DNA from: Myxococcota bacterium
GTDB lineage: Bacteria > Myxococcota_A > SURF-8
NCBI GenBank assembly: GCA_963674735.2
Contig: CAXXQS010000002.1
Location: forward strand, 1,344,001 to 1,408,000
Length of the DNA: 64,000 nucleotides
Reading direction: 5' to 3'
The notes beneath the pieces were generated by a model. It did no database searches. It had not been told where the DNA came from and worked only from the letters and a program-made list of their open reading frames with translations. Position 1 is the stretch's first letter, and every line of letters begins with the position of its first letter. The position numbers were made by a program, and so were the translations under genes. Below are positions 9,176 through 19,302 of this stretch, piece after piece.

Positions 9176-10081
9176 ATGAAACAGACGACCTGCGTCGGAT
9201 TGTTGGCTGGCTGGCTGTTTGTCTGCCTGGCGCTCTCGGCCTGTGGCCACGATGAGGTTGCGTTTTCTGCCGGAGACGGCGATGCGGACGGCGACGCCAC
9301 GGAGGATGATGCGATTTTCGACGGTGACGCGCAACCCGATGGCGATCAATCCTCCGCTGGGGATGAACCGGATGGTGATCGTATAGAGGAAACGAACGAT
9401 TCCCCGGATGGCGATATGGAAGCGAAGGGCGAAGTGTGGATCGATCCCGATGGAGACGGAATCGACGGCGAAGCGCCCCTGCCCTGCCATGGTGATTGTA
9501 TCTATGGGGATGATAGACCCTTTTGTTCCACCGATACCGATCTGTGTTGGTGCGATGAAACCGACCAAACCTACGGCATTGTCGATTGCGAGCAGATCTG
9601 CCGAACCGAATACCAGTCTTACGGCGGCGTTTGCGACTATGACGACAGCGTCCGGCACGACCGTTGCCTTTGTCCGTCAAGCGATTTTCAATGTGGGAGC
9701 GATGCCGAATGCGAAGCCAGAGGGAGTAATTACTGCGTGGGCACGACCGACGATCAAGGCAGCTTTTTCACCTTTTGTATGGATGCCTGCGATATCGTTT
9801 CCTGCGATCCCGGAAGCGATAGAATTCCTTGTGTCGACTACGGCCCTCCGGGCCAGCCTCTCGGTGCTTGCTATGATAGCGAAAGTCCCGGATGCGACAC
9901 TCCGAACGAGTTTTGCGGCGGTGATGAAAACCATATTTGTCTGGCCTTCCAGGGTGGTAATCCGCTCTGTATGGAACGGTGCGAGCCGATTCCGAATTCT
10001 TGCGGGGGCGATATTCTATGTATTCCACTGAGCAATACGCAAACCGGTGTCCTGGCTGGGGGCGGTTGCTGGGTGTGGTGA
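9176..10081 (+). CDS. Cys-rich lipoprotein with acidic DGD linker
   Basis: Lipobox LSAC, DGD-rich stretch, then Cys-rich modules; ATG after AGGGGA. Confidence 0.75.
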   Translation: MKQTTCVGLLAGWLFVCLALSACGHDEVAFSAGDGDADGDATEDDAIFDGDAQPDGDQSSAGDEPDGDRIEETNDSPDGDMEAKGEVWIDPDGDGIDGEAPLPCHGDCIYGDDRPFCSTDTDLCWCDETDQTYGIVDCEQICRTEYQSYGGVCDYDDSVRHDRCLCPSSDFQCGSDAECEARGSNYCVGTTDDQGSFFTFCMDACDIVSCDPGSDRIPCVDYGPPGQPLGACYDSESPGCDTPNEFCGGDENHICLAFQGGNPLCMERCEPIPNSCGGDILCIPLSNTQTGVLAGGGCWVW

Positions 10082-10151
10082 TCGAGTCTTGGGTGTTTGG
10101 TCGGGAATCCGGTGAAAAGCTCCGGCTTTCGCCATTGGCTAACGACTCGTC

Positions 10152-10517
10152 TTACGGCTTGCTGGTGCCTTTGCGGCCGTAATCATCTTCCAAACGCACG
10201 ACGTCGTCCAATTCGGGGGTCGAGGCTTCGAGCAGATCGCAATCGCTGACGGCGATCATGCGATGTTTACGTAAAGGTTCGACGCGAAAGACATCGCCCG
10301 GACGCATGCGGATCACGCGGCGCGGGTCGCCTTCGGCTTCGGTTTCGAAATCCAACTCACCGTTCAGACAATAAATGGTTTCATCCTTGTGCTCGTGATA
10401 CTGCCAGGAAAGCTTGTGTCCGGCTGTCACGTGCAGAATCTTCCCCACGTAGCGGTTGGTATGGGCCCAGATGATTTCGTGGCCCCAGGGCTTATCTACG
10501 CGACGGACGGTCGTCAT
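10152..10517 (-). CDS. cupin protein (mannose-6-phosphate isomerase type II C-terminal-like)
   Basis: KPWGHE, LSWQYHEHKDET, EASTPELDDVVRLEDDYGR; AGGAGG SD. Confidence 0.88.
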   Translation of the reverse strand: MTTVRRVDKPWGHEIIWAHTNRYVGKILHVTAGHKLSWQYHEHKDETIYCLNGELDFETEAEGDPRRVIRMRPGDVFRVEPLRKHRMIAVSDCDLLEASTPELDDVVRLEDDYGRKGTSKP

Positions 10518-10572
10518 GGCGTTCCTCCTTGGTTTCGCGAATCCGGCGAATGGGATGCTTTACCCGATCAGC

Positions 10573-11268
10573 CTATTCCAGGGCGAGGATGGTTTGCAGA
10601 GATGTTTTCGCCTCGAAGATGGATTGATACGCCAACGCCTGTTCCTTGGTTTCGAATTTGCCGATTTTCACCCGGTACCAAGTCCCTTTTCCGGGAATAT
10701 CCGCCGTTGTGACGAACGGCTTGCGCCTGTCGAAGCTCTTGAAATTCTTCACATATTCCTCAGCCTTGGCGCGTGCGGGCAGCGAAGCGATTTGCAGCGT
10801 GTAAAACTGTCCGGCGGGGGCCGGAGTCTGGCCGTCGGTTGCCGAAGCTGCGGGCGGGGCCGGTTCGGCCTTGGGAGCGGGCTTGGGTTTCGGTTTGGGC
10901 GGATCGGGTTTCTTCTTAGGCTTGGGTTCGACGGGTGCAACCGCTTGTTTTTCTGTCTGTTTTTCTTTGTTTGGCAGGGCTTTTGGCGGAGTGGGAGCGG
11001 TTTTGTCGTCCTTCTCTTCGGCGACTTTGGGAGCCGCTTCTTCCTTGGTTTTATGCTCCTGGTAGGTCTTTTCCTGTTCGTCAAGTTTGGCCAACAGGTC
11101 GGGCGTATCTTCAACAGGTCCGGCGACTCCCGACAAGCGTCCTCCGACCATCACGCCGATGGCGAAAGCAATGGCCAGAAGCACCACTCCGCCGACGAAG
11201 GCGAGCAGGACCTGGCGGCTGTCGAGGCGAAACTCAACTTTGGTACGATGACGGTTCGGCTCTGGCAT
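10573..11268 (-). CDS. SPOR domain cell-division protein (FtsN/DedD-like)
   Basis: N-terminal TM, Pro/Lys linker, YTLQIASL...GTWYRVKIGKF SPOR domain. Confidence 0.88.
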   Translation of the reverse strand: MPEPNRHRTKVEFRLDSRQVLLAFVGGVVLLAIAFAIGVMVGGRLSGVAGPVEDTPDLLAKLDEQEKTYQEHKTKEEAAPKVAEEKDDKTAPTPPKALPNKEKQTEKQAVAPVEPKPKKKPDPPKPKPKPAPKAEPAPPAASATDGQTPAPAGQFYTLQIASLPARAKAEEYVKNFKSFDRRKPFVTTADIPGKGTWYRVKIGKFETKEQALAYQSIFEAKTSLQTILALE

Positions 11269-11302
11269 AACAACCCCTTTTGTTTGCTGGGCGATTGAAG
11301 AG

Positions 11303-11331
11303 GTTGTAGTCGAAATGTGGCGGAATGTCAA
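11303..11331 (-). promoter_or_regulatory. sigma70 promoter of SPOR gene
   Basis: Minus strand TTGACA-17 nt-TACAAC. Confidence 0.55.
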
Positions 11332-11362
11332 CCGTTTGTATTGATTGATGTAATTAATTGTC

Positions 11363-11396
11363 TTGACTTGCCACCCATGTAAACGATAATTATAAG
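11363..11396 (+). promoter_or_regulatory. sigma70 promoter(s), divergent from SPOR promoter
   Basis: TTGACT-16-GATAAT overlapping TTGCCA-17-TATAAG in AT-rich spacer. Confidence 0.5.
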
Positions 11397-11445
11397 GCTT
11401 TACTGCGATTGTTCGACACGCATGCCCGAGTGCTTGGAGGTGCAA

Positions 11446-14187
11446 ATGACGACGTTTGGAAGTTGGAGCCGCTCCTTATCTGTGCGCGGATTCCTGACGC
11501 TGGTGTTATTGTTCGGTTTGATTGGTTCGGCGGCTGCTTTGGAGCCCACCGATAAATGGGAAGGATCGATCGATTACGCCGCAACCGGCGGAACTTTCCT
11601 CAACGACACCTGCCAGGCCTCGGCCTTTGGTTGTGTAACAGGTGTTTTCGATGGACAGGGCGATTCCGTTACAGCGAATTCGCAGGCCGATTTAGACGGT
11701 ATTCCCGATGACGCCAACGTGGTGAAGGCTTACCTGGTGTGGATGGGCTCCATTCAGCACGGGGTCGATTCTCCCGACGACACGATCAATATCCGGCCGC
11801 CGCAAGGCAACAGTTACACGATCGTGGCCGAGCCGGAACAGTTGAGTGAGATCGTTTACGACGATCTGGACGCCAACGATCAGATGGCCACCTATCATTA
11901 TTTTACCTACCGAGTTGAAGTAACCGAGATTTTGCGCCGCCATGTCGTGAGCAATCAGAAACCTCTCAACGGAACCTACCTGCTGTCCGGTTTTTCGGCC
12001 TATGCCGGTGAGCCCTATCTTTCTCGTACCGTCGCGCTGGGCGGCTGGTCGCTGTTCATCGTCTACTCGGTACCCCAGAGTCAGCCGAAACGTGTGTATT
12101 ATTACACCGATTTCCGTGCCATCCACGACGAAGTGGTGGAGTTGAACCCCGCCGGTTTCGAGGTGCCCGAGAACCCCGAAGCCAAGGTGACGTTTTTCCT
12201 GGGTGAAGGCGATCAGGGGATTCGCGGCATGGGATTGACCGGGACGCACAACGAGGAGTTGCGTTTTAATGGGACCGTTCTGGTGGATGCCTGCAACGAT
12301 GCCGACAACGCCTATAACAGCACGGTCAACACCAATATTTACCCCAATGAAGAACCTTGTCGGATCAACCAGTACTCCATCGATCTCGATACCTTCTTCG
12401 TTTCCAACCTGCTTGGATTGGGTGATACGGAAGCACAGGTGCTTATGTCGCTTGGGCAGGATCAGGCGTTCTCCAACTACCTGATTCTTTCCATCGATAC
12501 CAAACTACCCGATTTCGATATCCCCAATGAGCCCGAAAAAGCGTCTTCGGTAACCGGCGCCCTCTATCCGGGCCAGGAATTCACCTATTACATCTACGTC
12601 CAGAATAACGGCGAAGACATTGCCGCCAATGTCAGGGTGCGCGACGAACTCCCGCTGGATGTGACGTATGTCGCCGGATCCACCGTTGTCGTCGAGCCGA
12701 GCGGCGAACGGGTAGCCGTGGCCGACGGTCCCAACGGCGAAGCGCCCTGCCTGTCGGGCATCGATGTCGCCGATACCATGCCGCCGGGTGAAGGCTTCCG
12801 CCGAACGATCGAATTCAAGGTCCGATTGAATTCGGTGGAGCAGGGTGTCACCAAGGAAACCATCGTCGAGAACATGGCCGAGATCATCTCCGGCAACGGC
12901 GATATCTACTTTACAAACGGCGGTATTCCCGTTCGTCACAACGTGCAGCTCGAATCTTTCGAAGGAACGTTGTATTTCAAAAAGGGACCGCGCCATCCGG
13001 GCAGTCACTTCGTGGCCGGTGGCGAACAACGGGTGACCGTGGCTCACCTGAACCTGAAGGCGCTCGAAGGCGACATCCAGATGTCTTCCCTCATGTTCAC
13101 CCCCATGGCGGACACCGATGCGCTGGTGATCAGCGGAGCGGAGCTTTACCTCGACAACAACAACGACGGCCTGCTGGATTCGGGCGATGATATGATCGAT
13201 TCGCGCCAGAGTTGGACTTCCGGCGGCCTGGTATTCGACGACTTCAGCCGTTTGCCCGAAGTGGAGGCCAACGAGCAACACAATCTGCTTTTGGTCGTCG
13301 ACATCGCCGATGACGTGCAGCCCGGTCAGATCGCCCAACTCGAACTCATCGAGGATAACGTGGGCGTGCGTGGCTTCACAAGCGGTCTGCCTTTTGCCTG
13401 TGCCACGCTCTATGTTCCAAGTGAAGACACCGATCTCAGTATGGAACTCGGTTTCATGAATCCTTCCGACGGCTATCTCAGCCAAGGGGCGGTGGCTCCG
13501 GTGATGCAGTTGCTGGTGCGAGCCTATTCCGATGGAGTTTCGTTGAGCGGTTTGACTATTTCAGCCGAAGGAACCGTACACGATTCCACCGAAGTGACGG
13601 CCATGGATCTCATTACCGATATCAACGGCAACGGCCTCAAAGACCCCGGCGAACCCGCTCTGGGCGGATCCCAGACCTTCGGGGCCGATAATGCGGCGGT
13701 GACCTTCAGCGGCTTGAATTTATCGGTACCCAACGGAGGCGAAGCCTATCTGCTTCTGGTAGGACAGTTCTCCGAAACCATCGGCGAAGAAAAGAAATTC
13801 CGCGTGTTGATCAACAATAACGATCAACTCGAAGCGGGAGGAAAAGTCGTTTTAGGCGCACCGATCAGCGGCAGCCTGTTCACCTTTACGTCCGGACAAG
13901 TGGTGGAATGCACCACCGACGCCGAATGCGCGCAAGAACTGGGCGCTAGCTGGGTGTGCGACCAGATCAACGGTCTGTGCGTGGAAACATCGGTCCCCGA
14001 CGGCGATAACCCTGCCGATGGCGACGATCCCGCCGATGGTGACGCTTGGACGCCGGATGGCGATACCGGCGACGACGAAGACGATGGCGGCGGTTGCCGG
14101 ACGGCCGGTTCTTCCGGTGCTATGGCACTGATGCTGCTGTTCGCCGTTTTGAGCGTTACCTGGATTCGGAGGCGGCGGGAGAACTGA
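11446..14187 (+). CDS. secreted DUF3344-like/DUF11 surface protein with MYXO-CTERM-like sorting tail
   Basis: GGAGG SD, signal peptide, PGQEFTYYIYVQNNG..A.NVRVRDELP..VTYVAGS (DUF11), C-terminal GGGC-x-TM-RRRR. Confidence 0.8.
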   Translation: MTTFGSWSRSLSVRGFLTLVLLFGLIGSAAALEPTDKWEGSIDYAATGGTFLNDTCQASAFGCVTGVFDGQGDSVTANSQADLDGIPDDANVVKAYLVWMGSIQHGVDSPDDTINIRPPQGNSYTIVAEPEQLSEIVYDDLDANDQMATYHYFTYRVEVTEILRRHVVSNQKPLNGTYLLSGFSAYAGEPYLSRTVALGGWSLFIVYSVPQSQPKRVYYYTDFRAIHDEVVELNPAGFEVPENPEAKVTFFLGEGDQGIRGMGLTGTHNEELRFNGTVLVDACNDADNAYNSTVNTNIYPNEEPCRINQYSIDLDTFFVSNLLGLGDTEAQVLMSLGQDQAFSNYLILSIDTKLPDFDIPNEPEKASSVTGALYPGQEFTYYIYVQNNGEDIAANVRVRDELPLDVTYVAGSTVVVEPSGERVAVADGPNGEAPCLSGIDVADTMPPGEGFRRTIEFKVRLNSVEQGVTKETIVENMAEIISGNGDIYFTNGGIPVRHNVQLESFEGTLYFKKGPRHPGSHFVAGGEQRVTVAHLNLKALEGDIQMSSLMFTPMADTDALVISGAELYLDNNNDGLLDSGDDMIDSRQSWTSGGLVFDDFSRLPEVEANEQHNLLLVVDIADDVQPGQIAQLELIEDNVGVRGFTSGLPFACATLYVPSEDTDLSMELGFMNPSDGYLSQGAVAPVMQLLVRAYSDGVSLSGLTISAEGTVHDSTEVTAMDLITDINGNGLKDPGEPALGGSQTFGADNAAVTFSGLNLSVPNGGEAYLLLVGQFSETIGEEKKFRVLINNNDQLEAGGKVVLGAPISGSLFTFTSGQVVECTTDAECAQELGASWVCDQINGLCVETSVPDGDNPADGDDPADGDAWTPDGDTGDDEDDGGGCRTAGSSGAMALMLLFAVLSVTWIRRRREN

Positions 14188-14216
14188 TTTCCCGGCGTCC
14201 GGAAGTCTGATATTCC

Positions 14217-14244
14217 AACCGGGAGGGTTTTCCTCCCGGTTTTT
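14217..14244 (+). terminator. intrinsic terminator
   Basis: AACCGGGAGG-loop-CCTCCCGGTT-TTT. Confidence 0.8.
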
Positions 14245-14271
14245 CACATCCGACCATGATCGAGGGGCCCG

Positions 14272-15735
14272 ATGCGGGCGAAGCATTTCGACGTTATCGT
14301 TTTCGGTGAAAACCTGGCTGGTTTGATTGCCGCCACGCTTCTGTCGCTGCGCAAATACAATGTTCTGATTATCCGCAAGGTGGCCGGACCGGGGCGGGAT
14401 GCCTATATCGGTCAGGCGTTGCGTCGTAATCGCCAACTGGTGCCCGGAGTCTTCGAGTCGCCGGTCCCGGCGGCCGTAATACGTGAATTGAACCTGGGCC
14501 ACAAAATCCGGTCGGTGTTGAAGCCCGCTTCTCCCATGTTTCAGATATTGAGCCCGCAACATCGATTGTCGGCTTTCGACGATCGAGTCAAGCTGGTGAT
14601 GGAGCTGTCGCGCGAATTTGGAGCGGCTGCGGCTCCGGCGGAAGTGGAGAGCCTGTTCGGGCGGCTGGATACGCTAAACGGCCTGCTCGACAAGTTTCTG
14701 GTTCCTGGATTACCTTTTCATCCCGATGGCTTGCGCGAGCGTTGGGAGTATTCCAATCGTGAAAAACAGCTCACCAAATCGCTTCAGGCGAGCGAAGGCC
14801 TGCTGGATGACATGAAGCGTCTGTTCCGTGAGACGAATCTGGGCCGCTTGATGAGCCAGGTGGAGCCCTTTGTGGGCGACACCCGGGGCGAGGTCCATCC
14901 TTTGTGGCGTTTTCGGCGGGCCGCTTTGCTGTTTAGCCAGATCCTTTATCCGGTCGGCGGTGAGGGCTTGGAAGAAATACTGCTGGCGCGGCTCGATAAA
15001 ACCAGCGCCAAGATACTGGAACAAACCGCCCTTCAGGAGGTGGAAGTCAACCGCTCCGGCTATCTTTTCCACGACGCCAAGAATACCTATGGGGCGGAAA
15101 GCGTCATCTGCGCTTTCGATGCGCCGCTCTTGCCGGAACTGTTCACGGGCAAAAAAATGGCCCGTTTCCTCGAAAACACGGCAGCGCAGATATCGACCGA
15201 CGCCGTTTGGATCAAAACGAGTTTCCTGCTCGAACGCTCCGTTGTTCCCGAAGGAATGGATTTCAACGTATTCGTGCTGACGGATGATGCCAGCGAGCCG
15301 GTTTTGTTTTTCAAGCGCGATCCGCTGATTCCGAGCGATGCGGAGGTGGAGCGGCTGGATGTCTATCAGGCGTTGCCGGTGGACCGTTTCAACGCGGCAG
15401 GGGCGAGTGAAGCACAGCAATGGGCGATCGATCGGACAAAAAGGTTCGTTCCCTTCTTGGAAGGACGGCTGCGCAAGGTTTATCTTGAGCAGTTGCGCGA
15501 CGATGATGAGGAAAGCCTGACTCTTCGCCTGGCCGGTCGCCGCTTGTCCTACCGCTTGAACGACCCGGATCGTTTATTCGGTGGTATGCCGTATACTCTG
15601 CCCCAAGCCAACACCTACCTGGCCGGTCCCGAAGTTTTGCCGGAGTTGGGTTTGGAAGGCGATTTCCACGTCGGTTGGGCGGTGGCTCGGGCAATCGGCT
15701 TGAAGAAGCCGAAAAAAGATGAACTCAAGCGATAG
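14272..15735 (+). CDS. FAD/NAD-binding oxidoreductase-fold protein (phytoene dehydrogenase-like), degenerate Rossmann motif
   Basis: FDVIVFGENLAGLIAATLL at N-terminus; NTYLAGPEVLPELGLEG at C-terminus. Confidence 0.65.
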   Translation: MRAKHFDVIVFGENLAGLIAATLLSLRKYNVLIIRKVAGPGRDAYIGQALRRNRQLVPGVFESPVPAAVIRELNLGHKIRSVLKPASPMFQILSPQHRLSAFDDRVKLVMELSREFGAAAAPAEVESLFGRLDTLNGLLDKFLVPGLPFHPDGLRERWEYSNREKQLTKSLQASEGLLDDMKRLFRETNLGRLMSQVEPFVGDTRGEVHPLWRFRRAALLFSQILYPVGGEGLEEILLARLDKTSAKILEQTALQEVEVNRSGYLFHDAKNTYGAESVICAFDAPLLPELFTGKKMARFLENTAAQISTDAVWIKTSFLLERSVVPEGMDFNVFVLTDDASEPVLFFKRDPLIPSDAEVERLDVYQALPVDRFNAAGASEAQQWAIDRTKRFVPFLEGRLRKVYLEQLRDDDEESLTLRLAGRRLSYRLNDPDRLFGGMPYTLPQANTYLAGPEVLPELGLEGDFHVGWAVARAIGLKKPKKDELKR

Positions 15736-15835
15736 ACATCGTTTGGAAACGGATTAATTTCATAAAATACTTGCCAAGTCGACACGGGTATGGTAGCTAT
15801 CTTCGTCCCGAGTCAACGGGGAACTGGAGGTTGTG

Positions 15836-16051
15836 ATGTCTCGGAAATGCGAAATTTGCGGAAAAGGCCCGATCACCGGCAACAACGTCAGCCACGCGCA
15901 CAATAAAACGCGTCGTCGTTTCAATGCCAACATCCAGAAGATTCGCACGGTGCTGCCCAACGGTTCCGTCAAGCGTATCAACGTGTGCACCCAGTGCATT
16001 CGTAGCGGCAAAGTGACCAAGCCCGTCACCTTGGCCCCGGCGATCCTCTAA
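15836..16051 (+). CDS. rpmB: 50S ribosomal protein L28 (Zn-binding form)
   Basis: [32 protein letters not shown]...VCTQCIRSG; GGAGG SD. Confidence 0.98.
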   Translation: MSRKCEICGKGPITGNNVSHAHNKTRRRFNANIQKIRTVLPNGSVKRINVCTQCIRSGKVTKPVTLAPAIL

Positions 16052-16075
16052 GACGTCGATCTCGGTTGAAAGTGC

Positions 16076-16104
16076 AACGCCCTCGGTGATCCGAGGGCGT
16101 TTTT
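16076..16104 (+). terminator. intrinsic terminator after rpmB
   Basis: AACGCCCTCGG-TGAT-CCGAGGGCGTT-TTT. Confidence 0.88.
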
Positions 16105-16134
16105 ATATTGAGTAGAGTTTCGGAGCTTGACGGC

Positions 16135-17151
16135 TCAATGGGCCGGGCCTTTGAGCAGTTCTTCAGCGATCTGCACGGCGTTTAACGCCGCGCCTTTCCG
16201 CAAGTTGTCGGATACACACCAGAAATTGAGCGCATGGGGGTTGGACAAATCTACGCGGGTGCGGCCCACGTAAACCGGATCGGTCCCGACGGCCTGAGTC
16301 ACCATGGGATAGCGGTTTTCAGCCGGATCGTCCACGACCTCAATGCCGGGGGCTTTGCGCCAAAGGGAATGGGCTTCGGTTACGCTCAGCGGCCGGTCGA
16401 ACTCGGCGTAAACGGACTCGCTATGACCGCTGGCCACCGGAATGCGGACGCAGGTCGCGGTGACGCCTACTTCCGGTAAGTCCATGATTTTGCGCGTCTC
16501 CCATACCATTTTCATCTCTTCTTTGGTCCAGCCGCCCTCCAGGAAGACATCGATGTGGGGTAGGGCGTTGAAAGCAATGGGGTGGACGAACTTCTGGTAG
16601 TCGAAGGCGTGTCCGTCCAATGCGGCGCGTGTGGAATCCAGCATCTCCTGCCGGGCGCGTGAACCCGCTCCCGAGACCGCCTGGTAGGTCGACACGATGA
16701 TGCGCTTGAGTCCGGCGGCGTCGTGCAGCGGCTTGAGTGCTACCAGCATCTGAATGGTGGAGCAGTTGGGATTGGCGATGATGCCTTGATGGGCGAACAT
16801 CGCTTCCCGGTTGACTTCCGGAACCACCAGGGGGATATCGGGTTCGTTGCGGAAGGCGGAGGTGTTATCGATCACCACCGCTCCCGCTTCGGCGAAACGC
16901 GGAGCAAAAACCTTGGAAACGGATGCTCCCGCCGAAAAGAGGGCGATGTCGATATTTTGTATATCGGCGGTTTCGAGATCCTCTACAACCAGCGTTTCTC
17001 CGCGGAACACGACGGCGTTGCCTGCCGAACGGGCGGAGGCGAACAGTCGCAGGCTATCGAGTGAAAAATGACGCTCTTCCAGAATGGAGAGTATGGTTTG
17101 GCCAACGGCGCCGGTGGCGCCCACAATGGCTACCCGAGGATTTTTCGGCAT
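16135..17151 (-). CDS. asd: aspartate-semialdehyde dehydrogenase
   Basis: VAIVGATGAVG, ANPNCSTIQ, STYQAVSGAG, TCVRIPV..GHSE, DNLRKGAALNAVQIAE. Confidence 0.98.
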   Translation of the reverse strand: MPKNPRVAIVGATGAVGQTILSILEERHFSLDSLRLFASARSAGNAVVFRGETLVVEDLETADIQNIDIALFSAGASVSKVFAPRFAEAGAVVIDNTSAFRNEPDIPLVVPEVNREAMFAHQGIIANPNCSTIQMLVALKPLHDAAGLKRIIVSTYQAVSGAGSRARQEMLDSTRAALDGHAFDYQKFVHPIAFNALPHIDVFLEGGWTKEEMKMVWETRKIMDLPEVGVTATCVRIPVASGHSESVYAEFDRPLSVTEAHSLWRKAPGIEVVDDPAENRYPMVTQAVGTDPVYVGRTRVDLSNPHALNFWCVSDNLRKGAALNAVQIAEELLKGPAH

Positions 17152-17267
17152 GAAACACCTCAATTTCTTACGTTCAAACGAAATATTCAGAGCCCAATTT
17201 CATATCACTAATCACCGGACAGTTCAAGCGTAAAGACTGGGGCTTTTTGGCTGAAAAGTAAAAAAAC

Positions 17268-17296
17268 TTGTAAAGCTTCCATGGGTTAAGTAGAAT
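17268..17296 (+). promoter_or_regulatory. sigma70 promoter
   Basis: TTGTAA-17 nt-TAGAAT. Confidence 0.6.
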
Positions 17297-17355
17297 CGAA
17301 AACCTATTTATGGACTTTTGTAGCTCCATGGACTTGGAAGAAGTGGCGGTCAGTA

Positions 17356-19296
17356 ATGGATGTCAAGTGCCCGCGATGTCAGGTGTCTTTTGAAGGTGGA
17401 GAATTTCCCGCCAGTGGTACCAAACGGCTTAGTTGCCCGATTTGCAGAACTTATTTTGAAGTAAGTTTTAGCGCCACCATTTTGACGCCGGATCAGCCGG
17501 AGAAGGCGAAATCGGTTGAAGAGCCGGTACGGGTGGCTCCGATCATTTCTGCAAAGAGTGATCAGCAGGATGATGAAGTTCGCCAGCGCGAAGAGGACGA
17601 GCGTCGCCAGCGTGAAGAGGACGAGCGTCGCCAGCGCGAAGAAGACGAGCGTCGCCAGCGCGAAGAGGACGAACGTCGCCAGCGTGAGGAAGACGAGCGC
17701 CGCCAACGTGAGGAAGACGAACGCCGCCAACGTGAGGAAGACGAACGTCGCCAGCGTGAAGAGGACGAGCATCGCCAGCGTGAGGAAGACGAGCGCCGCC
17801 AACGTGAAGAAGACGAGCGCCGCCAACGTGAGGAAGACGAGCGCCGTAAACGTAAGGAAGACGAGCGCCGCCAACGTGAAGAAGACGAGCGCCGCCAACG
17901 TGAGGAAGACGAGCGCCGTAAACGTAAGGAAACCGAAGAGCGAAAGCGCCGGGAAAAAGAAGAGCGCGAACGTAAAGCTGCAGACGAGCGTCGCCACAAA
18001 CAAGAAGCTGAACGCCAGCGACAGAAGGAACAAGAGCGCAAGCGGCAGCAGGAAGCTCGACAACGGAAAGACAAGAAAGAAGACAAATCCGCAGCCGCCA
18101 AAGCGAGCCGAAAGAGTTCGGACAGACACCAGGGTCTGGTGGAAGAGCAGGATCACGATGCGGTGACCGGCTTTTTCGATTCCAAACCCACCCTGAAGGA
18201 TTATCACAAGGAATTCGAGCCGTTGGACTTTACGGATCTCGATTCAAAGGAAGATCATTCCCGGCGGCATATGTACTACATCGGCGTTTTTCTTGCGCTG
18301 TTTGTTGTGGTGGGCGGTTCGTTGGCCTGGTTTATCAGTGACAATATTTCCAAACGCCGAGAAGCCGAACGAACCGTGTTTTTGTATGAGGCGGGAATTA
18401 CCGAAGAAGAGACGGAAATCACTCTCAAAGACGATCTCGGTATGCCTGCCATCGAAAAGCCCAAATCTTTCGACGAGTTGGAGCAGGAACCCGGGATTAC
18501 CGGAATGGCGGAGGAGCCTGCTGAAGAGCCTGCGATAGAGCCACCGGCGGAAGAAGCCCCGGCTGCGGAAGCCATCGAGGTAGCCCAAGCCGCAGCAGAA
18601 CCGCCTGCAGAAGAGGCCCCCGCACCCGAGGCCGTCGAAGCGGCACAGGTCGCCGAAGCTCAGGCGCAAGCCCTTGCGCAAGAAGAGGCGCGCCGTCAGG
18701 CCGAGGAAGAAGCCAAGCGCAAGCAGCAAGAGGAAGCTCGGTTGGCGGCCGAAGCCGATGCTCGTCGGCAAGCGGAAGAAACGGCTCGGCGTGAAGAGGA
18801 ATCCCGACGCCAGGCTGCCTTGGCGCAACAGCAGGCGGAAGAACGGCGGCAGGCCGAAGAAGCCAAACGCCAGGAAGAAGTCCGGCGCAAGGAAGCCGAG
18901 CGAAAGCGCAAGGAAGCGGAAGCCGAAAAGCGTCGGCGCGAACAAGCCCAGGCAGCGGCGGCGACGCCCGCCCCGACACCAGCTCCGGCGGCGACTCCGG
19001 CTCCCAAAGCCCAATCCAAGCCTGCGTTGTCGCCCGCCCAGCGTCGTCAAAACGCTCTCGACCATTACCGAAGCGGAAACCAGATGATCACGGCCCGCAA
19101 TTTCAACGGGGCGATTACGGAATATCGGCAAGCGCTTGAATTCAATCCGGCTTTCGCCCAGGCGCATCGCGGTTTGGGTATTGCCTACGCGTCGCTCGGA
19201 CGCAGCCAGGATGCCGTGCGCGAATATCGTCTGTATCTGAAAATGGCTCCGAACGCTCCCGACGCCAATCAGGTACGTCAGATTCTAGGTGAATAG
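17356..19296 (+). CDS. zinc-ribbon (MJ0042-type) / charged helical repeat / TM / TPR protein
   Basis: CPRC...CPIC N-terminal finger, RQREEDER repeats, one TM helix, TolA-like A/E/R/Q linker, C-terminal TPRs. Confidence 0.85.
   Translation: MDVKCPRCQVSFEGGEFPASGTKRLSCPICRTYFEVSFSATILTPDQPEKAKSVEEPVRVAPIISAKSDQQDDEVRQREEDERRQREEDERRQREEDERRQREEDERRQREEDERRQREEDERRQREEDERRQREEDEHRQREEDERRQREEDERRQREEDERRKRKEDERRQREEDERRQREEDERRKRKETEERKRREKEERERKAADERRHKQEAERQRQKEQERKRQQEARQRKDKKEDKSAAAKASRKSSDRHQGLVEEQDHDAVTGFFDSKPTLKDYHKEFEPLDFTDLDSKEDHSRRHMYYIGVFLALFVVVGGSLAWFISDNISKRREAERTVFLYEAGITEEETEITLKDDLGMPAIEKPKSFDELEQEPGITGMAEEPAEEPAIEPPAEEAPAAEAIEVAQAAAEPPAEEAPAPEAVEAAQVAEAQAQALAQEEARRQAEEEAKRKQQEEARLAAEADARRQAEETARREEESRRQAALAQQQAEERRQAEEAKRQEEVRRKEAERKRKEAEAEKRRREQAQAAAATPAPTPAPAATPAPKAQSKPALSPAQRRQNALDHYRSGNQMITARNFNGAITEYRQALEFNPAFAQAHRGLGIAYASLGRSQDAVREYRLYLKMAPNAPDANQVRQILGE
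17581..17940 (+). repeat. 24-bp coding tandem repeat, 14 copies plus one degenerate copy (RQREEDER)
   Basis: Units such as CGCCAGCGCGAAGAGGACGAGCGT, contiguous, mostly synonymous variation. Confidence 0.95.
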
Positions 19297-19302
19297 CGCC
19301 CC

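Noticed and set aside
17581-17940. CRISPR-like periodicity
   Set aside because: Contiguous 24-bp units with no spacers, mostly synonymous variation, in-frame within a CDS, no cas genes
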